Shown here one piece after another: positions 35,257-49,401 of a stretch of 64,000 nt of DNA. Source of the stretch: Ancylonema sp. (lineage: Eukaryota). How positions within the stretch are numbered: position 1 is the stretch's first letter; each line of letters starts with the position of its first letter. The position numbers and the translations under genes were made by a program. The stretch spans positions 62,001 to 126,000 of the forward strand of contig JBFLGF010000093.1 of NCBI GenBank assembly GCA_050230475.1. Reading direction: 5' to 3'. The notes below the pieces were generated by a model. That model searched no databases and had not been told where the DNA came from. It saw only the letters and a program-made list of their open reading frames with translations.

Positions 35257-38200
35257 TCCCATCGTGTCGTTTCCCTTTGTGAGTGTTCATCAAACTAACT
35301 CCTTTCCCATCCCGGGTCTAACACTATGTTAGGAGCAAAATGTTGGTGAGGTTTTCTTTCGGCTTTCCACCTAGTGAGCCTCATCTTTTAGGGTTTCCCA
35401 CCCCTCTCCTCCCCATCATTCAGATTAATTCCTTCTCCATTTCTGTCATCTTTCTCCCCATCTCTCATGGATTCAGATTCGCGTTATGATGATTTAATTC
35501 GTCAAATGCAAGAAATGAAGGCAAGTTTTGATATCCAATATGATCGTCTTACACGTGAAAATGAGGAACTCCGTTACAAAAATAGCGCTTATGAGGAGGC
35601 CGGATCTACTAGGCCCACATTTTCTGAGTTCCAACAAATCCATCTGGCTGATGAGTCTCCATACACTCAGCCTTCCCCTAACCAGCAGTCCTATACCCAG
35701 CCAGCCCCTCCTCCTCCCCAGGTTGTATACTATCCGCCTCCACCAGCCCCTACCCCAGCCCCACCTGCACCTACCCCTCCCTCCTATGTTCTCGGGCAAG
35801 TCAGCAGATCTGCAAAACTTCCGTTTTGGGGTTACCCAACACATTTTGGGCAGCCCCCTACGCTATCACACTACCATATCTAAACTGATTCTGGCGGGCA
35901 ATCTGCTGGACAGCATGGCCAAAAGCTGGTTCCGCTCCGTCTGCGATCCTGTCACCGCAGAGCCCCCCACAAACTGGACCCTGGCAGACTTCTTTCAGGA
36001 ACTCGACGACACATTGGAGAGGACCAGGCAGCCCACGAACGACGTGTGCACGAGTTGCGACACACGGGATCAGTGGCTGAGCTGTCTGTTCGGTTCAGGG
36101 ACATCACCAACACCTTCCATCCGCGCTGGACGGACCACTCCCTGATTTTCAACTTTAAAGCCAAATTGAAACCTGCGATTCAGAGCGAGCTGGCGCGTTC
36201 TACCCAACCCCCCACCTTCTCCGCCTTTGTGAAGGCTGCTGGCCTGGTCGAAACCAACCTCGCCAACAGCCGTCGCATCGACGCTGCCACCCGCAAACCG
36301 CCCTATCCCCATACCACCAAGCCTCTGCCCCCATCCCCTCCTACCTCCAAGAAGTCACCCCCCATGGAGCTCGATGGCACCCGGCACAAACGGCTCCAGC
36401 GAGGAACCCACAGAATATGCTAGGCGCAAGAAGGGAAACATGTGCATGTACTGTGGAGGCGCCGGCCATAACCGCGACACCTGCCCGGAGAAGCCGGCCA
36501 ATCAGGCCCGCCAGGTCCGCTTTCTGAACTCTTCCCCCGACCAGCCAAAAAACGATGCCCCCGGACAGTCCTAGGAGGGGTCTGTCTGGGCGTGGTCCAT
36601 CCCCCCTCCCACCCCATCCCCAACCCAGCCCTCAGCCCCGCCACCTGTACCTCTCGGTCCAGCTACTCCAATACCCTCTTCCCCCCATTTTTGTCAACGC
36701 CCTCATCGATTGCGGCGCGTCAGGAAACTTCGTAGACCCCACGCTGCGCGCTCAGCACCACCTGACCACCACCCCCCACCCCACACCCATCCAAGTGGAG
36801 CTGATTGATGACAGCGCTCCGTCTGCAGGCCCTATTACGCATTTCTATAAGGGCCTGTTGCGCTGTCTGGGGTCCCATACCGAAACACTCCAGTTTGACG
36901 TAACCCGCCTAGCCCACTTTCCCATGGTGCTAGGCTACTCTTGGCTCTGGCGCCACAACCCGTCCATCGATTGGCAGGCAGGCGCTCTGCGGTTCACGTC
37001 CCCCCACTGCCAGAGTGCATGCCTGCCAGCCGCGCTCAGTTTCCCCCACCCACTTCTCACAACCCCCCCCCCCACCCCTGCCACCCCAATAATCCCCCCC
37101 CCTGCGCTCATTGCTGCCAGTTCCCTACCCATCCCCGCCCCCCCAGACCCTGAGCTGTTGTCTAAACTTCCCCCCGAGTACCACGACTACGCAGACGTGT
37201 TCTCGGAATCGGCGGCCAATACCCTTCCCCCTCACCGCCCCTATGGATCTGGAGATACCCCTCTTGACAGGGAAAGAACCACCTTGGGGACCCATCTACC
37301 CCATGTCAGAACCGGAGCTGGCTACTCTGAAGCAATATATCTCTGACAACCTCGCAAACGGATTCATCAGACCATCTACCAGCCCTGCGGGGGCCCCTGT
37401 CATGTTCATTAAGAAACCCGATGGCAAGCTCTGACTCTGCGTGGACTATAGAGGTTTGAATGCGGCTACACTAAAGAACCGCTATCCCCTACCCCTCATA
37501 ACTGAGATGCTCGATCGCTTGCACCGGGCGAAAATCTTTACAAAGATCGACTTGCGAAACGCTTACCACCCAGGTGCGGGTGAAGGAGGGGGACGAGTTG
37601 GAAAGACTGCGTTCCGAACCCGCTACGGCCACTTTGAGTTCCGTGTCTGTCCGTTCGCGGGCCCTGCAACGCCCCACAGGCTGTTTCCAACACTTCATCA
37701 ATGACATATATCTTTCGCGAGCACCCCTAGACGTCTTCCTAGCGGGTATGCTTGACGATATGGTGATCTCTACTCGGCAGACCAGGGGAAGAGCACGTTC
37801 CTTCCCACGTCTTGGATATCTTGAGAAAGAACAAGCTATACGCTAAACTCGAAAAGTGCGCGTTCCATCAGACACCATTACCTTCCTCGGATACCAGGTC
37901 TCCCCAGCTGAGGTGGAGATGGATCCGGCCAAGGTGGCGTTTGTGCTAGAATAGCCTACACCTACGTCTGTCAAGGAGGTGCACTCCTTCTTAGGGTTCG
38001 CAAACTTCTACCGGAAGTTCATAAACCGCTACTCTACCGTGGCCTTCCCTCTGACTACGCTCACCCGGAAAGGCTTGAAGTTCTGTTCGACACCAGAGGC
38101 CTAGGTCGCTTTCGACTCCCTCAAGCAGGCCTTCACTTTTGCACCCATCCTCAAACATTTTCAACCCACCCTACCCATCACCCTAGAAGCCGACGCCTCC

Positions 38201-38663
38201 GACTTCGGCCNAATTTATAAAAAAAAATCACAGCCGATCGGAAGACGATCGGAAGACGATCGGAAGACGATCGGAAGCCGATCGGAAGCCGATCGGAACT
38301 CCAGACACATGTGCGCGGAATAAGCCCGTCCGCCATGCACCCTACGGCCAGCTATCCCCAAACCCTATCCCTGACAGGCCGTGGAGCTGTATCTCCATGG
38401 AGTGGATTACAGACCTCCCGCCATCTAACTACCACGATGCGATTCTGGTGGTGGTCGACCGTCTGACGAAGGCTGCTCACTTCATCCCTACGACTAAAGC
38501 AATACCAGCTCCTGACGTCGCCGCCATTTTCTTGCGGGAGGTGGTGCGGCTCCATGGCATGTCCTCCACCATCATTTCCGACCGCGATCCAGTCTTTACC
38601 AGCCGTTTTTTGAGACAGCTGCTGCAGCTGTGCGGTATCCAAGCCAACCGCTCGACTGCTTTT
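35257..38663 (+). mobile_element. Tcn1/Tf1-like gypsy element G (same family as D), truncated at both ends
   Basis: U5 remnant ending CTAACA at 35323; PBS 35326-35335; gag from 35467; protease; RT; start of RNase H; N gap at 38211; IN core 38303-38663. Confidence 0.9.
38212..38304 (-). repeat. Copia 3' UTR fragment with about 6 copies of the 11-bp unit CGATCGGAAG(A/C)
   Basis: Matches 23713-23767 of element B, with the unit expanded; lies directly after the N gap at 38211. Confidence 0.75.
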
Positions 38664-38859
38664 TAAAACGATTTGTCACTTGACACGGTAGCGCACAAGT
38701 TCACTGCTTTACAATACACGACAATAAACTGTACGGTAAAGCAACAGCGTTTTGGTATGAGGTATTTAGGCAGGGCTAATGTAGACGAGGCGACAACGTA
38801 CAATCATTACTGAACACTTTTCTAACCGACTGAGCGGCGAAGTTGACATCTTCACCGCA

Positions 38860-40230
38860 CGAATCCTGGTTGCAACACCTAGTTTTGGTCATGGGGGAAG
38901 TGACGGAACCGGAGATTTCCCAAAGGCTTTCATTTTCGTGCCTAAACAAATCCTATGGGTCCCCCTTTCCCTGTAGGGGTATCTCCAACATAGGGGCGGT
39001 GAGGGGAAAAGTGAAGAGTAGTTTCCAGCTCAGGGTCTGGGGGGGGCGGGGATTGGCAGCAATGAGCGCAAGGGGCGGAGTTGGAAGGGGTGGGGGGGGG
39101 GGGGGGAAGTTGGGGGTGACGCCAACTTCGAAATCGATGGAGTGGAGCCTAGACCATGGGAAAGTTGGGTGTTGAGATGGGAAGAGGAGGAAAGTAATAG
39201 GGCCTCAGACCGTGTTCCACTTGATGGGTGTGGGGTGGGGGCTGGTGGTCAGGTGGTTGGCAGCGTGGGGTCTAGAAGGAATATTTGACAAAAATTCGTA
39301 GTGGATGTAACTGGGGTGGGGTGGGAGGGGGGAAAGGCCATGCCCAGAAGTGACTTCCGGGGGCATCGTTTTTTGGCTGGTCAGGAGATTCCAGAAAGCG
39401 GATAGATTATGGCCCGCGCCTATACATAGCCTATTATCTTGCAACGGAGTTCCAGTACTTCTTGGGGGGAGGGGGTAGTGTGGGGGTGTATGTGTGAAGT
39501 TTAGCCAACAACTTTCACAAAGGCGATAGAACGCGCCAGGAATCGCAGGTTTTTTGCAAATCAGGGAGTGTTCCAGCGCGGCTGTGTTTTGTGTCCCTAA
39601 ATGCTATGATTTCCACAGGCGGCGTTCAAACTTCCCCTCCCCCCCCGAATTGTATTCCTGAAAAATGCAAGGGTCCAGGTTCAGATCGCAGACAGATTGG
39701 GATGGAATCAGCTTTGATCTGGTAGTGTGATAGCGTAGGGGGCTGCCCAGAATGTGTTGGGTAGTTTTACGGTGAAAATAGGAGAGGGTAGAGAGGGCTG
39801 GGGTCTCTCCCCTGGTGAGGGGAAGGCTGAGTTGGTGGTACCATGGGCTAGATGGCCTCCTTGTTATTTTTGACGGAGCAACGACATATTGGATATAGTC
39901 GTGAATTAAATGTCATGCGAATCTGAATCCATATGGGAAGAAAGATTGAAAATTTGGGGAGGAGGGGGGTGGGAAACCCAATAGGTGGAAAAGCAAAACC
40001 ACTAAGCAATCCACACGTTCATGAGATGTTAGGAGTGAGAAATCTATCCTTCGAACTATAAAATCTCGGCTAGCGACTTCAATTGTGGGACAATGAGTAA
40101 GAAAGACTGAAGTAGCATACAAGAACTAGGAAACGTATGATATAACAATAAATACAAGGGTCTGTTCACCCATTTTAGCACCTTAAAGGTTAGGGAATGT
40201 AAGGAGCCCTACGGATATCGCTCGTGTTAT
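38860..40230 (-). mobile_element. Heavily eroded copy (J) of the D/G family
   Basis: Collinear short matches to the LTR, gag start (ATGGATTCAGATTCGC), gag end (CAGCCAAAAAACGATGCCCC), protease and RT start, with many small deletions. Confidence 0.75.
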
Positions 40231-41541
40231 ACGATATATTCGGACTGGCCATTTACAATACTTGGCATGTCGAGCCCGGGTGGAGCAGGTCATTACAAAG
40301 CGGGCTCAATGCATCCGAAGAATTTGCATAAATATCACCAAGATGGAAAACCAGTTGCGCGTCATGATTGCATTTGCCGCTACGGCCATGTACCATTGCC
40401 TTTTCGGGCCTACCAATTGGGGGTCCTTCATTAACACAGCCTCTTTTCAGAAACGAATGTATCGTATCTATGGACGTGGTATTACTTTGTACTTCACACT
40501 TGCTTCATACTCGTGTTGATTCGTTTCAACACGAAACCATGGGGATCCACACATAATTCCGTTTTTAGAAGTGCCAAACCTTGAAAATACTTTCGTTTTC
40601 GCGTGTGCTGACCCCTCGTAATTATTTATAAACAAAAAAACATCGAAACTCCGATACGGAAGAGATGAAAAATACGTCAACATTTTTTCTTGAATTTCCA
40701 AAGACAAAGTTTGATGTACTTGTTTGTGAGAACAATTCGACAATGAAACCAACTCTGGACGGCTTATTTGATTTTTGTACTCTCCCCGCGCGTAATCGGA
40801 TCGAAATTATTGCGGACCCCGCAAGGCTAACGAAAAATCAAAAAATCGATGAAATCGATGAATACACCGAAGCCTTCAATGTACAATATCCATCAATGCC
40901 CTTTGTTTTGGTTCTTAGCCCCTAAGAAACTTCATCACCTTGTAACTATTATCAAACGCCTTCAACACCCGTACGAGACCTTGTGCATGCGGAACCACCT
41001 CGCCCTTATATTAATTTCGGGATTAGCAAGATACGCAATAACAAAATTCAAGAACTTTTGTTAATTAAGGCTCGTTTCCCACTGTAAGAAATGAAGCCTT
41101 ACACCCCGTGAACCCAGACTCGCACATGAGTAAGTTGCAAGAGTTTGTGAGTTGCGGGCTCGGATCCGGATTTTACGTCGTAAAACCTTAATATATAACT
41201 ACAATTGGTATAACGATAACCTCGATGTCAGGTCGTTCTTGTGAACTTTTTCGAATCTCTTTAAAAAGGCTACCAATATATGAATAAAGACCTTCCTCAT
41301 ACACAAAGCTACAAAACTCTTATTCGATGTTGTTACCAACTACATATCATGGTACTTCTTGCAAAACAAATCAAAAATAGTGAAGACCATGAAACAACCT
41401 ATTGTGTGATGGTATCCGTGCGTACTTCTAAAGCACATGCAGTAAAGCCTTTCTAAAATAATATTGTCAAAAAGAATAATCTCTCCAAACGAATACAAAA
41501 TGTCCCCCTCCTAACGTTGGGGAGTGAAGTTATTCCACCTA

Positions 41542-42455
41542 CAGTGCTCCCTCGATATAAGGATTCTCTTTTTTAAGGCACCTCGGTATGAAGGTAACTT
41601 TTTGATATTTTTAAAAATCAATACAAAATTGCCCTTGATATAAGCATAAGGACACTCTATATAAGGATAATTAGTTTCGGAAATTTGTTAGTGGATGTCC
41701 TCATATTGTGTAGAAGGTTGTTTCTTGCATAAAACGATGTATGAACGATGTATGGAAATCGATAGAAAATATAGAATAAAACGATTGTAAAATAAAGTCG
41801 ATGCAAGTGATGATAATTAAGGGTGCAAACGAACATTCAATGTTTCTTTCATGCTGGTTGGTGTCGAATAATGTCGATATGTGTCCGTATATGTTTCCGT
41901 TATGGCATATTGGAAGTTGTTGGTGGTATTTTTTGAATCTATTTCAAATCACAAGGATTTGGATATATATTGTTTGTTGAAATGTATAAGTTGTTTGGTT
42001 GCGTTTCACAATTTGGGACTCTTCATGACAAGTACTGTTTTTTTTGCCTTTCAGCTAGAGTTAAGTTGTTCATGACCATAGTGATTATTACTCCATGTCC
42101 GACAAAATATGCTAGGACTTTTTTGCTTAGTAAGATCATAATACTCCCCAACTATCCTCGTAAAGTTTTTTAATTATGGTTTGCTAGTCGCAATATATTG
42201 GTCTCATTACGCACTTGTATAGCTTGCATCACAACACCCACGCTAAATGGGATGATGCTGCCAAGGCAACTTACTCAAGGCAACAAGTGAACAATGTATT
42301 TGATTAATTACTTTGCTTCATTCAAGAAGTCCCTCGATACAAGGGCACACATTTTCAAACCCCGCAGTGAATGTCCTTACACAGTGTATAAGGACACTTC
42401 GATATAAGGACATTTTTTTTGTTTTTCTTTTGGTCCTTACATCGAGGGAGCATTG
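41542..42455. mobile_element. pogo/Tigger-like MITE
   Basis: TIR CAGTGCTCCCTCGATATAAGGA with TA TSD; related copy in opposite orientation at 56697-57651. Confidence 0.85.
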
Positions 42456-42979
42456 TATCTAAATGAATAACCTCTCTAGAAGAATATTACCCCCCCCCCC
42501 AAAGTATTATTCTAGACAAGTTTTAGTGCATCACAATCCGCATACAATATTTGATGATAACCCTAAGCACATTATGCCCCCCTCGCCTTGTTGACCACAA
42601 GTCAATGTTCACTTTGCCTAATACATACTTTCTTAACATGGTGGCACTCGCTTCAAAATTTACTAGAGATTAGGCTTGGATTTTTAAGGCTTAAAAACCC
42701 CCCCCGACCATGAATAACCCTAAAATCTTTGAAACCTTAATTTCGAATAATCCACAAAATAGGTGTTTTCGGGGCCAAATCATATCGTTGAACTCATTGG
42801 CGACCTGTAAAATAAAACATAGCGTTACAAACAAAATTATATTTTCTATCTCTGAACCGTTCATTTATGTGTCTAGATTTTATGTTCATGTTCATGTTTA
42901 GTGTTTATGATTATATTTATGTTCATTTATGTTGCATAAGAAAAATTGTCTTGAGATTATCATCAAATTTAGAGTGTGG

Positions 42980-43774
42980 ACAGTGATACAAGCCATACAA
43001 GTGCGTCATGAGGCCAATACATGGCGACTAGCGAAATTTATACATACAAGTTTACCACGAGAGTTGGGGAAGTAATCGGGTACGAAGCAACAAAGTACTC
43101 GTGCTTTGTTGAACATGATGTAAAAACAATGGTCATTAAAAAACATAGACATTTTTTGGAAGGCAAGACACCCCAACACTTGTCATGAAAAAAATTATAG
43201 TGGTTTCGAATCGTAAACCGCAAACAAAATACACCCCCAAAAAAAACCCAAAAAAAAAACGTCCATCCCGACATACCAAATCAAACCAAATCTTCTGTGT
43301 TCATTTTCATGATTGGAAAGTATAACGAGATAGTCACCAAAAACGTACAACGTGGCATAACAAACGGACACACTAAAAAAAATCGCCATGACTTGACCCA
43401 CAGCTTCATGAAGGAAATGTTGAATATTTGTTTGCCTCCCACTCATAACTTTTATCACGTGCACCTACGTAATTTTGTATTTTTTGTATTGAATATATTA
43501 CTATATTTTTTTTATATTATATATGTTATTTAAGATTTATTTCTAGAATTTTACATTCTATACTTTCCTCAATTCCCACACATCGTCATCTACGAGACAC
43601 AACGTTCTATACATAGTTTAAGGACATTCACTAACAATTGCCAAAATAATTTGTCTCTCTATAGAGTGTCGTTATGTTAACATCGAGGGCGATGTCATAT
43701 TAAAAAGGTCAAAAAAGTTGTCGGTACTTCGAAATTGTCCTGATAAAGCGGGTCGTTGTATTGAGGGAGCACTC
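42980..43774. mobile_element. Partial copy of the same MITE family
   Basis: Internal similarity to 56930-57650 and one TIR (GAGGGAGCACTC-TA); left boundary approximate. Confidence 0.65.
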
Positions 43775-44280
43775 TAGTTACGTGGTGACGTGGCATTTTA
43801 AGCCTTCAAAGCAAGACCATATTGACGGGGGTTTTATGGGTCCGGAATTCTTTAGCTAGATAAAATAGCTAAACAACTTTAGCTATTATAAAGTAGCTAA
43901 TAGCTAGTGTTCAAAAATAATAATAATGATAAAAGAGGTAAGGTTTTTAAGGTTCCCCAACCCTACGGGGGATTGTCGTGATACTCAGTATAACGGCACG
44001 TAGATTTAACGATACCTATTGTTTTTGCTTAATCGTAATATCGAGGGACTACCGTAGACTGCGAACTCGGTTATGGGCGACAAGGCGCCAATCCGGGGCC
44101 CGGATTCCGTGGTGCGGGCAATTCTGAGCCCGCAGCCCAGAATATTTTCCTGGAACTCCTAAAAAAGGGCGGAAACCGCGAGGAAATAATTTCAAGTTTT
44201 GGCACAAACGCTGGCGGACAGCAACAGGCTCAACACATTTAAAACTTTCTCAAGAAATTCAGCACAGGATCTCTATATTC

Positions 44281-44709
44281 TTGTACTCAGATACTACGAG
44301 TTTACAAGCAAGCATGATACGTACACGTATCGACTGCTTCATTTGCCCATCAACTAAGCGGCTCCTGTCGCAGGAAGACATTCGACTCTCTCTTCCTGAT
44401 GAAGTACTTCTAGACCTAGGATTTTTAGGTGCGGAAGGTAAACTGAAAGGTTTGTATCAGTTCTCGTCGCTGTATCAACCAGTTTACGACCAAGTTGTGA
44501 AAGCTGGTCTGTCAGATGTTCCGTCCACAAGATCGCCCCCCGAATATTCGTTAATAACTGCAACCAGTGCGAGAGCTTTGGTAGCCATGGCCTTGGGCGG
44601 ATATCTGGTTGTATTAGGCACAGGACAAATTCTCTCACATTTTCTTGAATCTACCAACCTGTCTGCAATGGAAAGAAGTCAGATGATGAAAGCGGCACAA
44701 ATTTTCAAG
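44281..44709 (+). CDS. Possible upstream exon or ORF of unknown function
   Basis: 145-codon protein-like ORF ending at a possible splice donor AAG|GTACCG; no recognised domain. Confidence 0.35.
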
Positions 44710-45381
44710 GTACCGTGACAAATGCTTCTCGGATTATGACACTTTATGTATCTGGTAGAAGGCCAAATGGCAGCAGCGCTTTCAGAGATGTTAAAAGGCC
44801 AATGGTGGGGGGATGTGAGGCGTTTCGCTCCACCACTCAGCAGTATGTAAAGTCGCTGCAATTGTCTGCAAAGTGGAGCTGAAGTATCGGACCTCTTAGT
44901 GTCGCCCCTAGCAAGGCTGTTGCTTTTTTGGTCTCTTTTTTTTCTTTCGTCATGGACACGGTACATTAATATGAAGCAAATGCAACGTACGACGGATGCA
45001 GTCAATACCCCAGCAACGGTCACGTATGGAATCGGAAGTAAGAGACGAAATGGCTTGGGACTGAACAGATGGCCAGCTGAAGATTGTACGTGGGACAAAG
45101 TGGAACATAGACTTGAATTGCCGTAGCAAAAAGTGATCGTACCTGCCAGCAGCATCCCGAGGAACATCTTACCGCCATATTTTCAAAGCAACAATGCCAT
45201 TTTTCTGACAGATGACGAGTAGGAAGAACTGGATGACTGAGGGAAACTGGGTGAAGTCGAGGTGCAGAATCTGGAAGCAAAGAACGAAGCGGCGCGGGTG
45301 GTAGCTGCAACCGGAATAGGTAACCAGATCCGGGATTGGCGCAGCAGAAATTGACCTCCCACGCCACTAACGCTTCCTCAC

Positions 45382-46549
45382 ATGGCCTCGGGAACAGGCC
45401 CTGTATCCCTCGTGCCTCCATCCAGTAAAGGCTCGAAAAGCAAACTCGCCAAGTCACCAGAAGTGGCAAACGAAGAGGCGCGGGCTGGGGACATCCAAGT
45501 CCGTCTTCCGTACACGGCCCGCGTCCGATTCTTTCGATACTTTTTGGGGGATGTGACGCTGTGGCCGGGCCCTGGGAAAAACATCCCGGACTCACATAAA
45601 GAGTTTGCCACCCTCGTTCAATACCCCCACCTGTATCTGGGTAACCTGAACAACATCCGCGAGCAGCTGCGGAACAACCCCAAGGTCACACGGAGAATCG
45701 TGGAGGAGCAACCCAACGACATGCTGGAGGTGAGGTGGAGGCGAGGTGGGGGTTGGGAGGGGGTGGGAGGGGAACACGTCTGTAGCCCATTCTCAGTGGA
45801 TACCAATTTCACGCCAAGACAAATAAGATATCTGTCCGTTCCTTTTGCAGATTCTGGCTCAAACCGTCCGCGTGGTCCTCCCCCCAGATGCGTGTCGGCA
45901 AACCCTGATCGCCCTGGCATGCGACCGGAACTTCTGGGGAGACACACTGGGGGATCCCCTGCTGCAGTTGGCAGGGGTAGCCGACGAGAGCAGGCGGGAG
46001 GGTGGGATGACGCCCCCCCCCCCTGCCCACGAACCTCCATCCACCACCCCCCCCGCCATGCAGCCTCGCACGCTGGCATTCATTTCGCCTGCAGGTGGCA
46101 GGTGGGGTGGAACTTCCGTGGAAGGAGTTCCAGGGCGTGTGAATGGTCTTGGAGGGGAGAGTGGGGGGCGAGGTGGTGAGGGTGACGTGGCGACGAACTT
46201 CATTTATGGCATGCTGCGTGGTGTGAGTGAGAGGTACGGCAGAATGCAAAAGGAGCGGGAGGGTCAAGAGGCAGAAATGGATTTGGTGAAAGGACTTTTG
46301 AGTGAGGCTGTGAGGAGAGAGGAGTGTTTTCGGGCAGCTCTAAAGGGGGCAGAGAGGGATATGAAGGAAGCGGAGGCTGAGGTTGGGGCTTTGAAGAGAA
46401 GAGCGGACGGGGTGGAGAAGGGGGTGCGGAGGGGGATGGAACTGGAAATTGAAATGGCGGAAATGCAGACCCAGCTGGAGGAGTTTTTGGACAGTGAACA
46501 ACTGAATCTCCCAATTCCGCAAGAGAAGAAGCGCGCAAGGATGGGTTGA
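45382..46549 (+). CDS. Candidate spliced gene, unknown protein with C-terminal coiled coil and basic NLS-like end
   Basis: Exon to 45729, intron 45730-45850 (GAG|GTGAGG...CCTTTTGCAG|ATT, phase 0), joining in frame to ORF 45845-46549. E/K/R-rich helical region, ending EKKRARMG. Confidence 0.55.
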
Positions 46550-47799
46550 TGGTTGATGGTTGTGATTGGAGGGCGGGAGGTACATAGGAGGAGTACGGGA
46601 GGATATTAAACATGGTTTGGAGCAAGTGTTACAGTATGTATATAGACAAGGGGTACGCATGTCATGATGGCTTATGTCCTTACAAGTGAGATAAACAACG
46701 AGAGGCGAATGGCATGTTGTCTGGGGTGCGGAGATGGCAAAACTTCTTGTAAAACGATTGTCACCTCGTTTCCAAACATATTCATCCACAAGAGAAAGTA
46801 AGTATGTGGATCTGAAGACTACATATGCATCGTGGTCTGCAGCCAAACCTCACCATACCAAAATCAATAATGCACATTCCTACGTACATGTTCTGGCCGA
46901 GTGGGCTTCTGTGATATAGTTCGTGGTTTGTCTAGAAGCTAATGAAATCGAGGTTACAGTAAACGCAGAAGGTGACACAAGCTATAGCGAGTTTTTCATT
47001 GTAAGCGTGTTCTGATTGCGGGGGGAGCATGTTCTCGTTTCCTATATACATAATGCTTAACTCCCAATGCATTTGTAGAATATTGAATAGTGGGGTGTCC
47101 AGGAGCCTTACATGGTTGTGCCAATCTAGTCGCAAAAGCTTCGGTTCCGGATCGGATCGATACTTGACAGTTGATCGGGGCACACTTGTGGAATATTTTT
47201 CATGGTCCTCGAGAGATTCTATTTATGAACCATAGTATACTCCAAGACACCATATCTTATCCAAATTTGAAAAAATGGTATGTCATACTATAGAAAGTTG
47301 GTGATTTGCAACAAGATATGCCACAAGCCAACTACCACATATGTTTCCAGGTTGTGAGATCTTCCTTCGAGCACATTGAAAGGAGAATGCTTGACGTGAG
47401 CATTTCAGTAGTGTTTAAAAATCGCAAGAACTTCGAACTAGAGGAACTTCAGGCTTTGGTTTCAAGTTTCAAAAGTTGCATTTTTTTTTTTGTGAAGTGC
47501 AACGGAATTGATCTCATAATTGCACGGACAAACATCATTCGGTATTCGGAACGCAATCCGTTTGGGTGTGGAATCGGGACCAAATCGGTCCGGGATACCT
47601 TTTTTTTTGTTTAGTGTGCCACACAGTCATTCTTGTGACACAATTCATAAAAGGTTTTTGTATTGTGCTATAAGAATGCGTGTGATAGTTTCCCTCGGTT
47701 TTCTTTGCCACTGTTACTTGGCGTTCATGAGAGGTCAACAATGATAGACTTCAACAACGAGAAAATCGTCCATGACTTCAATATTCTTATATTATTTCA

Positions 47800-48135
47800 A
47801 TGATTTATATCAATATCATTATGATTATGATTATGATGTGGGTGATGATAATGAGAATGATACTGATTATTAGGTATAATGTGACGATTTTCTTTTTAGT
47901 TCTTATGTTGATTATCATGTTTACGATGTTTACAAGAGTAAAATAATAACAATCATTATTATTATTGTTGTTGTTGTTGTTATTGTCGTAGTTTTTGTTA
48001 TTATTACTACTATCATTTTTAATGATATGATAATAATAATAATAATAATTATTATAATATTTTATTATTATTATCATCATCATCATCATATTCATCATCA
48101 TAATCATCATAATCACATCATCATCATCATCATCA

Positions 48136-48174
<39 letters not shown>

Positions 48175-48317
48175 CATCATCATCATCATCATCATCATCC
48201 TCATCCTCATCCTCATCCTTATCCTCATCTTCATCCTCATCCTCATCCTCATCCTCATCCTCATCCTCATCCTCATCCTCATCATCATCATCATCATCAT
48301 CATCAATTATTAGTATT

Positions 48318-48382
<65 letters not shown>
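47800..48382. repeat. Compound microsatellite (ATT)n/(GTT)n/(ATC)n/(TCATCC)n
   Basis: Directly visible tri- and hexanucleotide arrays. Confidence 0.95.
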
Positions 48383-48384
<2 letters not shown>

Positions 48385-49401
48385 TTGCACGCCTTTCAAA
48401 TTTAGCACCATGCAAAGTCCTGAGCGTATTCGGACAGCAAGCCGATGGTAGATAAGCGCATGTTGATTGTTATTTGTAAATATTCCCTCATACTATACAA
48501 CGGAACCAGGCACGAGACACGAGACCACGTACAAAGGCACCAGACCTGAAGACAAGCGGACAATCGGCCGTACAGTGAGTGAACTTCTTACCCATACAGC
48601 CGTTGACTAGGCTTTAGAGGGTTACCTTTGATTTATTTCGTCATCTCCATCGGAGATCGGTGCCTGTTCGTTTCGAGAGTTTTTCTTCCTGTTAGTACGT
48701 ACGCAGAAAGACACATGGGGCAATGACTTCATTTACGTCGGTTTCAAATGTAATCTATGAGGACGCTGCCGTGATGACACATTTTCCAACTGAAATACTA
48801 TCCACACTCAGAGAAAAGCGTTAAGAAAAAGTTGAGGACCACAAGAAAGTCGATGATGGGTAAAAAGAAGGTGCATGAGTCACCTGCTCACCCCTGCCTC
48901 CTCATTCTTTGTCAATTCGATGACTGGGAACACATCACCAGAATGTCACCTTAAGTTTTGCGTTCGATTTTTTTCACGAAGGGTAGCAGGATTCAGCCCA
49001 AACAAAATCTGGTGGAATTTCCGTTGGTCAGCCGTGACGTGTACTACACTCGATTGAAAAGCTCGCAAACAACGACGAATACAGTGCAGTCTCGATATAG
49101 TGTCAATTTTATAGACATGGGGATTTAATGTCACTATATCGAATGCTAGGGCTGTCACTATACACTGTGTAGCATAGATGGGTCAGCACCGTGCGCAAGA
49201 TTTGCGCGCGCGCGCGGCACGCATGCACGAGCGCACGCGTACGGCACGCGTGCCGCATCGGGACAATTTATGTAAACGACTCTTGGACGTCGAAATTCGA
49301 AATTTTGCACTGTAAGTAGTTCGATATAACGTCTTAGGCCCTAAATTGAATACTGCCACGTTGTAACCGGTTCACCAAATATATTTCATGAATTTGGAAA
49401 T

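Noticed and set aside
38233..38298. Regular short repeat resembling a CRISPR array
   Set aside because: Contiguous 11-bp units with no spacers, derived from a copia 3' UTR; no cas genes; eukaryotic context.
47805..48455. ORFs with poly-Ile, poly-Ser and poly-Asp/Glu
   Set aside because: Translations of a microsatellite, open in several frames on both strands.
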